Assembly: GCA_045600425.1 (NCBI GenBank)
Contig: JAZRXW010000064.1
Location: 15,989-79,988, forward strand
Origin: Fibrobacter sp.
GTDB taxonomy: Bacteria > Fibrobacterota > Fibrobacteria > Fibrobacterales > Fibrobacteraceae
Direction: 5' to 3'
Length of the DNA: 64,000 nucleotides
Every line of letters begins with the position of its first letter. Positions within the stretch are counted from its first letter, which is position 1. Below, in pieces: positions 21,701 through 31,500 of this stretch. Both the position numbers and the translations under genes were made by a program. Under the pieces are notes generated by a model. It had not been told where the DNA came from and did not search any database. It saw only the letters and a list, made by a program, of their open reading frames with translations.

Positions 21701-23281
21701 GGTCTTCACAACAGTTTCGGTACCATCCTTATAGAAAGTCCAACCCTTGGGAGCCTTGTCGGCACAAGACCAACCAAGAACGCAATTGTTGTTGGCAGGA
21801 AGCTTGTAGAAAGAGTTAACAGCAGCATCGGTGCCGTCACCATCAGCAAAAAGACCTTCACAATTGGTACCACCAGCCCAGCTGGAACTGTTACAGAACA
21901 CGTCAATCAGAGGAATGCCTTCGGTGGGATGATTTTCACGAAGAGCAGGTCCGTAGAAGATAGCACCTTCGGCACCACGCTTGGTACGGGCAGCGGGCAC
22001 AGGAATCTGGTTGGGGTCATCCAGAAGAACGCTTTCATTGGTAGATGTTTCTACAGGATAGAAGCCACCAGGCACAGTCAGGCCCTTACTGACGAAGAAG
22101 TCGGAGTCGAATTCCCACTTGCCATCTTCAGAACGGGAGAAAGGCATGTTATAGCAGCTCTTTTCATTAACACCCTGGGTGTAATTGAACAACTGGTTGA
22201 AGAACGCATCATTAATAAAGCACTTTGCACCGGTAGCACTGAGCTTGGGCTTACGCTGCTTTTGCGGGGTATTGGGATCCAGGTACTGTTCCACAACACC
22301 GGTAGTCACACCGATACATGCGTTCACATAAGCTCGTGCATCTGCAGCAGACACGCCCTGGGCACCATTCTGACAACCTTCACCACCAGTAGCGTAGCAG
22401 GAGAAAGCCGGATGGAGAGAAGCATCGGTATCGTAAATGATAGCGGCCATTTCGTAAGAGCAGGTACCCTGCACACCATCGGGGAAGGAAGTGTACCAGC
22501 CTTCGTCACCTTCAACAAGGTGCTGTTCCTGGTCAGGAACGAAGAAGAGGGTATCGGGATGACCTTCGAAGGTATTGAACAACATGTTCAGGGGGATGGG
22601 CGTGGGAGTAGATGCGGTTTCCCAGTTTCCATAGAGACCAATCATATCTTCACGATCGGTATCGTCATCACGGTAAAGCACCACGTTATCGGAAATTTCT
22701 TCGTTGAACCAGACATAGCTGTACCAGCCGCACTTATCGGCCACAGCGGTCAAGGGCTTACCGGTAAGACCGCCATCCATACTGACCATGGGAACAGAAG
22801 ACATCCAGTCTTCGTAGTCCGGCGGAATCATCACAAAGAGGTACTTGGCGTCAGGAGGATTGGCGCTAAAAGCAGTCTTAGTCGGATTAGAGGGATCCGG
22901 ATAGATATAGAGCGTACCCTCAGCCAGGTCGTCACAGGTGAATGCATTTGTGTTTAAGCTTTCATTGTTGGCAATATCATAACCATCCCTGTCAATCCAC
23001 TGAGCAGGATAATGAGTTCCTGCACTGTTTACACGGAAAGTGTTTCCCTGACCAACAGCGGCGGCCTTAGCTTCGTACCAACCGGAAGCACCAACGGTAA
23101 GCTTAGGGAACATACCACCAGCTTCGAGGGTAACCATGTCCCAAGTTGCAGGAGCCTGAATGTAAATAGTACCTTCACAAGCCAGTGCAAAGGCGTTTTG
23201 AGCTCCTGCAAAAAGCAGACCGAGCCCTAAAACCCATTTCAACAAGGAATTCTTCGTGTTTTTCATAATCTTTGTATCCAT
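18731..23281 (-). CDS. Fibro-slime domain protein (secreted, Cys-rich)
   Basis: [12 protein letters not shown]...[30 protein letters not shown]...[11 protein letters not shown] signature. FlgD-Ig-like C-terminus [17 protein letters not shown]. Start at 23281 follows an AAGGA SD. Confidence 0.92.
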   Translation of the reverse strand: [1516 protein letters not shown]

Positions 23282-23588
23282 CGATGGTTTTCCTTCCAAC
23301 ATCGGCATAGCAGAAAGACCGGCCTTTCTGAAACGCCACACCGCGTTGAAATCTATTCTTTTCTTTTAAAAAAAGATAGTTATTTTTCGAAATAAACAAA
23401 AAAAAATGGTTTGTTCTGTATACAGATGGTGGATAAACAGGGGTTGCGTGCCCCAAATCACACAAATTCAGCCGCACAGTGGTTTACATTTTTTTACATT
23501 GTTCTGAAACGCTCTTTTTTAGAAACAAAGACGGACCTTCAACCCCACATAATGTTAGATTATGGAGGTTCAACCGATTGGAGCAAGC

Positions 23589-24470
23589 ATGCAGTCTCAA
23601 GAGAACTTTGTCGGCAATAGCGAAAACACCATTCCCTTCCCCGGTGGAGACCTGCACCCCCACCTGGTAGTCCTATACCCCCAGAAATTATTTAAACAGT
23701 ACCCTCTGGAAAAAGGAACCGTTATTCTCGGGCGCGGTCTTGACGCAGATATCAGACTGGAAGATGAGCTGGTGAGCCGCAAGCACTGTTCCATCACCTT
23801 TGACGGACGTAACGTCGTTGTACAAGACGAGGGCAGCACCAACGGGACTTTCGTTGACGGAAATCAAGTTACTTCCGCAATTTTAGGCGACGACAACCGC
23901 CTTCAGGTGGGAAGCGCTGTTCTAAAAGTAGAATTTAGGGACTCCCCCGCCGATTTTGACATCGTCCGCTACGAGCAATCCACTTTGGACCCCCAGACCG
24001 GCATTAGCAACCTCAGGACGTTTATGAACAGAAGCCTCGGCGAAATCACCATGGCAAAGTGCAACGACCTGTTCATTCATGCCATAATGGTCGATGTGGA
24101 CCACTTCAAGGAAATAAACGATGCAAACGGGACTCAGTGCGGAGATTTGTTTCTTAAGGAAATCGCAAGGCTTCTCAAGGAAGAAATTCGTGACGACCAT
24201 TTGATCGCCCGTTACGGTGAAGGCAGATTTGTAGTCCTTATGACAGGAAACAACGCAGAAGAGGCCAAAAGAAGCGCAGAACGCATGCGGGTAACCATTG
24301 AACGCCATTGTTTCTCCTGGAAAGATGAGCTGACCCCGGTAACAGTATCCATAGGAATTGCAAGTCAACAAGGGGAAAACATCACCACCATCCAGGAATT
24401 ACTGGCTTCCAGCAAGAATGCACTCCTAGCCGCCAAGGAAAACGGAAGAAACCAGGTAGTCTGCGGGTAA
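23589..24470 (+). CDS. FHA + GGDEF domain protein with degenerate active site
   Basis: FHA motifs GR...VSRKH...GSTNGT. GGDEF fold DVDHFKEIND...ARYGEGRF...TVSIG...AKENGRN. ATG 23589 has a GGAG SD; the track start is 23562. Confidence 0.88.
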   Translation: MQSQENFVGNSENTIPFPGGDLHPHLVVLYPQKLFKQYPLEKGTVILGRGLDADIRLEDELVSRKHCSITFDGRNVVVQDEGSTNGTFVDGNQVTSAILGDDNRLQVGSAVLKVEFRDSPADFDIVRYEQSTLDPQTGISNLRTFMNRSLGEITMAKCNDLFIHAIMVDVDHFKEINDANGTQCGDLFLKEIARLLKEEIRDDHLIARYGEGRFVVLMTGNNAEEAKRSAERMRVTIERHCFSWKDELTPVTVSIGIASQQGENITTIQELLASSKNALLAAKENGRNQVVCG

Positions 24471-24521
24471 CACGAAACACCCTTTCATTAAAGACGCCAT
24501 TTTTCTAAATTTGGCGCCGAA

Positions 24522-25907
24522 ATGACAAAATTACACTCAGATAGGCTGAATTCTTTCGGCTCGGCAAGCATCCCAAAGCTGGTCCTCCAGTTTTCTGTTC
24601 CCGCCATTATCAGCATGGTGGTCAACGCCCTATATAATATAGTGGACCGTTTCTTTGTGGGTCAAGGCGTGGGTAGTCTAGGCATCGCAGGAATCACCCT
24701 ATGTTTTCCGATCATGTTGTTTATCATGGCGATGTCCATGATCGTAGGTGTCGGCGGCAACACCCTCTTTTCAATTCGTCTGGGCGAAAAGAAATACCAA
24801 CAGGCGGCCATCATCCTGAACAATTCCTTCGTACTGCTTATTATAATGGCAGTGGGTGCATTCGCCTTTGGGGAAATTTTCATGGAGCCCCTGTTGCGCC
24901 TTTTCGGTGCATCGGACCAGACCCTTCCCGTTGCCAGCAGCTATATGAGAATTATTTTGCTTGGAGCCGTGTTCCAGACGGTGGCTCCCGGCATGAATCA
25001 CTTTATCCGTTCCATGGGTCACCCCAAGACCGCCATGTTCCGAGAAATTATCGGCGCGGTGACCAACGTGATTCTAGATTACGTCTTTATTATGCAACTT
25101 CGCTGGGGAATTGAGGGAGCCGCTTGGGCCACCATCTGCTCCCAGCTGGTCAGTAGCATCTTAATCACCCACTTTTTCTTGAAGAAATCCACTCCCGTAA
25201 AGATTAACCGCCGCTACATGAAATTGCGCCTCCCCTACGTGCGCAAGATCTACATTTTGGGCTTGCCACCTTCAGTGATGCAAATTTGCAACAGTTTGAT
25301 GAACGCCATTTTGGCATGGAGCCTGACCACCTACGGAAACAAGAGCCTGGAATCTACAGCCACCATGAGCGGTGGCGACATGGCCATTTCCGCCTTCGGA
25401 ATTTTGAACAGTGTTGTTTCCATCATAGTCTTGCCGTTGTTGGGCTTTGTCAACGGGACTCAACCTATTACAGGTTACAACTACGGAGCTAAGCTATTCG
25501 ACAGAGTTAAGGGAGTGGTAAAATTTGCCTACCTCTACTCTATGATATTTATGGTTATAGCCTGGGCTCTTGTTCTATGGCAGGCACCGGCTTTTGTAGC
25601 ACCTTTTGCTCCTGGCGACCTGCAGATGCAAGAAGTTGCCGCCAAGGCATTGCGCCTGTTCACCTGTGCCATCTTTATGGTTCCCTGCGGCATGATTGCA
25701 GGAAGTTTCTTCCAGGGTACGGGAAAGGCCGGCAAGTCCATGTTCTTGAACGCCTGCCGCCAGCTAATTCTCTTTATTCCCTTCCTGCTGATTTTGCCCC
25801 TATTCCTTGGACTGAAGGGAGTGTTCCTTGCACAGCCCGTAGCCGATGTGGGAACAGCGTTCATCGGGCTGTTTATGCTGCGGCAGGAATGGAAGAAAAT
25901 GAAATAA
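24522..25907 (+). CDS. MATE-family efflux transporter
   Basis: ALYNIVDRFFVG, NVILDYVFI...GIEGAAWAT, GYNYGAK. About 12 TM segments. Confidence 0.93.
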   Translation: MTKLHSDRLNSFGSASIPKLVLQFSVPAIISMVVNALYNIVDRFFVGQGVGSLGIAGITLCFPIMLFIMAMSMIVGVGGNTLFSIRLGEKKYQQAAIILNNSFVLLIIMAVGAFAFGEIFMEPLLRLFGASDQTLPVASSYMRIILLGAVFQTVAPGMNHFIRSMGHPKTAMFREIIGAVTNVILDYVFIMQLRWGIEGAAWATICSQLVSSILITHFFLKKSTPVKINRRYMKLRLPYVRKIYILGLPPSVMQICNSLMNAILAWSLTTYGNKSLESTATMSGGDMAISAFGILNSVVSIIVLPLLGFVNGTQPITGYNYGAKLFDRVKGVVKFAYLYSMIFMVIAWALVLWQAPAFVAPFAPGDLQMQEVAAKALRLFTCAIFMVPCGMIAGSFFQGTGKAGKSMFLNACRQLILFIPFLLILPLFLGLKGVFLAQPVADVGTAFIGLFMLRQEWKKMK

Positions 25908-25956
25908 AAAAGGCCCGAGCATGTTTGCCCGGGTTTCTTTTTTCCTAAAAAATATT

Positions 25957-26442
25957 TTAGTAAAGTTTCTTGGCGTCGGTGATTTCACCAGACTTTTCGT
26001 GGAAGAGATAGAGGGAACCGCCTTCCATCTTTTTGAAGATAGCGGTTAATTTCTTGACAGCATCAGCTTCTTCGAAACCAATTTCGTTGGGAGCGGATTC
26101 GCCGATGACTACACCAATCTGCATCATGGAAGGAGATACTCGACGCAGATAAGCCAGCAAATCTTCGTCATTGTTAATGATGTCGGTTGCGGTAGGCTTC
26201 TGGAAGTCTGAGGGATCACGAGTGCTGACCAGCATGGGGTACATTTCATCGGGAACCATCTGCTTGGCGTTCAAGTAGAGGGTATTACCTACAAAAAGGC
26301 TGATAGAATCATTCAGGACCTGACGAACTTCCACGGTCACGTCACACATGGAAGACATTTCCTGAATTTCCAATTTAGAGGGGCCGCAAGCCATAAGAGC
26401 GAGAGAGGCTACAGCTGCCAGAGAAGCAAAAAGCTTTTTCAT
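25957..26442 (-). CDS. Hypothetical lipoprotein
   Basis: Lipobox ALMAC and a GGAG SD. No family recognised. Confidence 0.75.
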   Translation of the reverse strand: MKKLFASLAAVASLALMACGPSKLEIQEMSSMCDVTVEVRQVLNDSISLFVGNTLYLNAKQMVPDEMYPMLVSTRDPSDFQKPTATDIINNDEDLLAYLRRVSPSMMQIGVVIGESAPNEIGFEEADAVKKLTAIFKKMEGGSLYLFHEKSGEITDAKKLY

Positions 26443-26513
26443 AAGAACTCCATTGTTATCCTATTTTCAAAATATAAAAAAAACGAAAAAAAAGACTTGC
26501 CGAAAACTGGATT

Positions 26514-27398
26514 TTACTTCTCTAGTATCCCAAGTGCATTTTCTACAAGTTCTGCGGACAAGCCAAAGATGCGGCTGAGAGTTTCAACCCGAAGGGAGGG
26601 ATCAATGCGTTCCATGCGGGAACCGCTAGAATCGCGAGTGACCAGATTTCCCTTCTGGTAATAATACTGGATTCCCTTTTCCCTGTCCAGGCGGTTCAGC
26701 ACCGGATACTGCATCATCTCCCGATAAAAGCTTTCATTCCAATGCAGTTTGAATTCTTCCACACTGACGCCCTCTACCGGATAGTCGAAACGCAATTTCA
26801 TCGGAGCAGACAGGTTGCCATTTGCCTGCAGGGCTCCTCCGGTCCAAAGTTCCATGGACTCCATGTTTGGACGGTCCAGGCGGACGCAGTTAGGGACCAG
26901 CGGAAAGAAAGACGTACCCGAACCAAAGGGAGGCGGTAAGGGCATGGGCAGCGGATCAAAAATCAGATAGCCGGGGTCAAAGAGATATTCCTGGACTAAA
27001 CCGCAAGATTTCGGTTTTTGTGCCGGAAGAATACTGCCGATGTCGACTTGCGTCGACATGACCTTGCGGGATGCGCCCGATGTCTGCATGAGGTCGGGCG
27101 TTTCATCAAGAAGGATCAGGGCACAGTGGATGTTTCGTTCCTTACGTTTGTGCCCCATGACCAGACGGGGCTTGAGGCCCATGTCCCGAAAATTCTGGTA
27201 GAGATACCAGGTCATACTAAAACAAGTTCCCCCACCCATCCAGGAATCCACATCGTTCTGGAAGCTATCGTCCAGCTTTTGTGCAGCCGACGAACTTCCC
27301 GTCTTGTTAAGACGGATAATCTTCGTCAAGTTTTCATAAGTGACCTTGGAAAGTTTGTCACAAAGTTCGTTAATCTGATTCCACTGTTCCGGAGTCAT
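26514..27398 (-). CDS. Arylamine N-acetyltransferase-like protein (Cys-His-Asp triad)
   Basis: YENL, GGGTCF (Cys), HCALIL (His), YLFDPG (Asp). Confidence 0.78.
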   Translation of the reverse strand: MTPEQWNQINELCDKLSKVTYENLTKIIRLNKTGSSSAAQKLDDSFQNDVDSWMGGGTCFSMTWYLYQNFRDMGLKPRLVMGHKRKERNIHCALILLDETPDLMQTSGASRKVMSTQVDIGSILPAQKPKSCGLVQEYLFDPGYLIFDPLPMPLPPPFGSGTSFFPLVPNCVRLDRPNMESMELWTGGALQANGNLSAPMKLRFDYPVEGVSVEEFKLHWNESFYREMMQYPVLNRLDREKGIQYYYQKGNLVTRDSSGSRMERIDPSLRVETLSRIFGLSAELVENALGILEK

Positions 27399-27407
27399 AG
27401 AGTCACC

Positions 27408-27722
27408 TTACAATAGTCCATCTACCACAAGAACGGTCACACAAGCGACTACCGCCACCACCACAAGGCCTCTGCCCAAGAGGGAGGCTATCACCGCAGT
27501 CACCAAGGCACAAACACCTGAGAGTTTGCTTTCGGTAGAATAAAAAATGGCAGGGACCGTCATCGCACTTAAAACCGTGTAAGGAATATAAGCCAGAAAA
27601 GATTTCCAAAAAGGGCTCTTTAGTTCCTGTTTTAGAAGTACAAACGGGACGGCTCTTAAAAGATAAGTCACTCCAGCCATGACCGCCAAGAATTCAATAT
27701 AGGTTTTGAAATCTATCATCAA
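27408..27722 (-). CDS. azlD: AzlD-family branched-chain amino acid exporter subunit
   Basis: MAGVTYLLRAVPF...FLAYIPYTVLSAMTVP. 4-nt overlap with azlC. Confidence 0.85.
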   Translation of the reverse strand: MMIDFKTYIEFLAVMAGVTYLLRAVPFVLLKQELKSPFWKSFLAYIPYTVLSAMTVPAIFYSTESKLSGVCALVTAVIASLLGRGLVVVAVVACVTVLVVDGLL

Positions 27723-28438
27723 GCCTCCCCCTTGTCAGCAGAAGTTTTTGAATCATTCACGGGGAAAAAAGCGGCACATATCAGGGAGGCCACCACGGCA
27801 CAGATAATAATGGCAAAGCCGCTGCTGACCGTGTTAAGGACCGGTACATAGAAAAATGCAAAACTTAATGCGATGGCAATAAGAACGGCAATGAACGTAG
27901 GTCGATGGGATTTCATGGGAGGCACCACGATGGCAATGAACATGCCGTAAAGAGCGACCCCAAGAGCGTTCACAACCATATCGGGAAGAATCTGACCGCA
28001 AACAGCTCCCGTCAAAGTGCCGCCGCTCCAACCCAAGTACGGTAAGGTCATCAGCCCGAGAAAATAAAGGGGGTTCACCCGCTCCGCTTGATTCATGGAA
28101 ACAGCGTATATTTCATCGGTAATACCGGTGGCTAAAAGCAGACGCTTGGCCGTATTGAAGCCGGGAGTCACCTTCTGGGAAAGAGAGATGGCCATCAAGG
28201 AATACCTGAGATTAATGAAGAAACTTGCAATAGCCAGTTCAACCAAGGTTCCCGTGGCGCTGGACATAATTTTCAACCCCGCAAACTGACCTGCGGAAGT
28301 CAAGTTGGTCATAGAAATAAATGTGGCCAACAACCAGGAATTAAGAGCGGCTCCCGCGTTAATGCCAAAGGCGAAAGATACTGCAAAGTACCCTACACCG
28401 ATAGGAAGGCCGTCTTTTACACCTTTTGAAAATTTCAT
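27719..28438 (-). CDS. azlC: AzlC-family permease
   Basis: LPIGVGYF, SAGQF, INLRY, ITDEIYA. Start at MKFSKG (28438). Confidence 0.9.
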   Translation of the reverse strand: MKFSKGVKDGLPIGVGYFAVSFAFGINAGAALNSWLLATFISMTNLTSAGQFAGLKIMSSATGTLVELAIASFFINLRYSLMAISLSQKVTPGFNTAKRLLLATGITDEIYAVSMNQAERVNPLYFLGLMTLPYLGWSGGTLTGAVCGQILPDMVVNALGVALYGMFIAIVVPPMKSHRPTFIAVLIAIALSFAFFYVPVLNTVSSGFAIIICAVVASLICAAFFPVNDSKTSADKGEA

Positions 28439-28504
28439 GGGGTCAAAGATAAAAAATAATGCTCTTGATGGCACCGCAAGAATAGGTTACTTCGCGAAAG
28501 GATT

Positions 28505-28540
28505 AAAAAAAACGTCCTGCGGTTGGGCAGGACGTTTTTT
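28505..28540 (-). terminator. Intrinsic terminator
   Basis: AAAAAAAACGTCCTGC-GGTTGG-GCAGGACGTTTTTT. Confidence 0.9.
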
Positions 28541-28564
28541 ACAAGTTTATTCTAAATCAAGAAT

Positions 28565-31500
28565 TTATTTAATAGCGATTCGTGCGGTTCTGACCTGGCT
28601 TCCGCTAGAGATGCGAACCAGATAATTGCCCTGAGTTAACTGTTCCAGATTCATGGCGTAGGTGCCGGAGACATATTCGCTATGGGACTGGACCAGATGA
28701 CCCATCAGGTCGAAGACCTGAATCTTGACGGAAGCGTTATTTGCAGAAACCGTCAAGACGTTGCGGGTGAACCCGAAGTTGACCACCGGACGCACAGCAG
28801 AAGCGATTGTCAACGGACCTTCTTCGGAGCTGCTGGAGACCACAGGTTCTTCGCTAGAGCTGGAGATTACGGGTTCTTCGCTAGAACTGCTGGAAACCGC
28901 AGGTTCTTCACTGGAGGAAGACTGCACCGGCTCTTCGGAGCTGCTGGACTCTACAGGCATTTCGCTGCTGGAGCTTTCTTCAACAGGTTCAACGCTGGAA
29001 GAGCTTTCCACAGGCTGTTCGCTAGAGCTAGAGACCACAGGTTCTTCGCTAGAGCTGGAGATTACGGGTTCTTCGCTAGAACTGCTGGAAACCGCAGGTT
29101 CTTCGCTGGAGGAAGACTGCACCGGCTCTTCGGAACTGCTGGACTCTACAGGCATTTCGCTGCTGGAGCTTTCTTCAACTTTCTTAACCACCTTGATGAG
29201 ACCAGCAACAGAGACATCCTCATCCTTGCCGGAAACTTCAACAGTGTAGTCATAGTCATGCGTACCGAGGGTTTCATCCACCGTACCGCTAATGGTATAA
29301 GTTTTTGCCTTCTGATCCAAGGCTCCGCTCAAGCCCTTCGGCAAGCCAGAAGTCTTTATACCCGTGATGTTGCTATAGCTATAGACGATAGGTTCAATCG
29401 CATCGCCTGCAGTTACGGTCTGAACCGCGTTTTCGCTAGTCAAGTCAAAGACGGTAGGTACAGGTGCATGAACAACCTTAATCACACCTGTCACAGACGT
29501 ATTTTCATCAACACCAGTTACAGAGACCGTGTATTCGTATTCGTGATCTGTCAAGCCGGCATCAATTGTACCAGAAATGGTGTAAGTCTTTGCGGTCTGA
29601 TCCAAGGAACCGCTCAATCCCTTCGGCAAGCCGGTGGTAATGACATTTGCCAGATTTTCGTAACGGTAGACAATAGGAATAATCGCATTGCCAGCCACCA
29701 CTGATTGTTCAGACTTGCCTCCAGTCAATTCAAAGACCGTTACCACCGCAGCACGAGTAACTTTAATCGTTCCATTCACAACTGCGTTAGAATCTTTGCC
29801 AGAGACATTGACCTTGAACTGGTAATCGTAAGTATCGGAAGCAGCATCCACCACACCGCTAATGGTATAGGTCTTTGCGATTTCGTCGGCCACGCCCTTC
29901 AAACCTTCGGGCAAACCGACAACACTGATTCCAGTGACATTTTCATATTTATAGACGATTGGATCAATAGCATTGCCAGCAACCACAGACTGCACTGCAT
30001 TGGCACTGCTCAAGTCAAACACGGTCACCACAGGTGCTCGGGTTACCTTAATGGTCCCCGACATGGTCTTGTTTTCATCTGCACCTAAAGTTTCCACCGT
30101 ATAAGCATAGTCGTGAGTGCCGAGTGAAGCATCCACCACACCGCTAATGGTGTAAGTTTTAGCATCTTCGTCCAGTACAGCGGTCAAGCCCTGAGGCACT
30201 CCGCCAATCTTGATGGAAGTAATCTTATCGAAGGTATAAACAATCGGTTCAATGGCATTGCCAGCCACCACGGATTGTTCGGACTTGCCGCTAGACAATT
30301 CCAGAACAGCAATCACAGGTGCGCGGGTGACCTTAATGGTACCGGTAGCAGTAAGACTTTCATCTTCGCCAATGACGGTAATGGTGTAGTCAAAATCCTT
30401 CGTGCCAATAGATGCTTCTACAGTTCCGCTAATGGTAAACGTGCCAGCTTCTTCATCAAGAACTCCGGCAAGGCCCTTTGGCAAACCACTTGCAGAAATG
30501 TTCTTGACATTCTTGTATTGGTACACGATAGGCTCGATGGCCTGACCAGCTACAATGTTCTGGACAGTGTTTTCTGTTGACGGAGTGAAGGTGGTTACCA
30601 AAGGTGCGCGAGTCACCTTGATGACGCCCTTTACCGTAGCGTTGGAATCTACGCCAGTCACTGCGATGGTGTATTCGTAATCTTTTGTGCTTAGAGCAGC
30701 GTCTACGGTTCCACTGATGGTATAGGTCTTGGCGGCATTGTCCACGATTCCGGTAAGGCCCTTCGGCAAACCGGATGCAGAAATGTTTGTCACGTTTTCG
30801 AACTTATAGACGATAGGCTCGATGGCCTGACCCGCTACGATGTTCTGGACGGTGTTTGTTGCTGTTGCCGTGAAGGTAGTTACCACAGGAACACTGGAGC
30901 TACTTTCTGCCACAGAGCTGGAAGAAGCAACTGAACTGCTGGAAGGAACTTCGCCGCAGCTGGTTTCCACCCACCAGTATGTTTCAGCGGCATTGTTATT
31001 CACCCACTGAGTCTTAGGATCGCGAGCCGGATTCAACGTGTAGCACTTGCCCTCGCCCATGCCGGTCAAACCAGAATTATAGCAATGATCTGCATAGCCC
31101 CCAGTACCAGCAGCGTATGCGATGCAGTTACCCGAGACGGAAACGCTACTTGAAGAGGCCACACTACTGGATGACGCAACACTAGAAGAAGACAGTACAC
31201 TGCTGGAGCTTGCTACAGAACTACTACTCTTGGCAGAACTGGAAGAAGCAACACTGGAACTTGACTTTGCAGAAGAACTGGAGCTTGTTGTACGCACAAT
31301 GCTCATGCCATCGCAAGCCAGGTCATCTACGTAGAGATAATTGCTGGATGCCGTTCCCTTCACTTCCCACTGAAGCTTCACAATATTGGAAGCGTTCAAG
31401 GTAAATGTCTTGCCCCAGCCAGCTTCTTGAACCATGGCAGAAGGCGCCAGAGTCTTTGTCTGCCAGGAGGTGGAACCGCTTACAGCCAGCTTATGATAGT

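Noticed and set aside
19055-22957. Plus-strand ORFs of 339 and 939 aa
   Set aside because: Antisense shadows of the fibro-slime gene.
25906-25943. Terminator between the MATE and lipoprotein genes
   Set aside because: The stem is too imperfect to call confidently.
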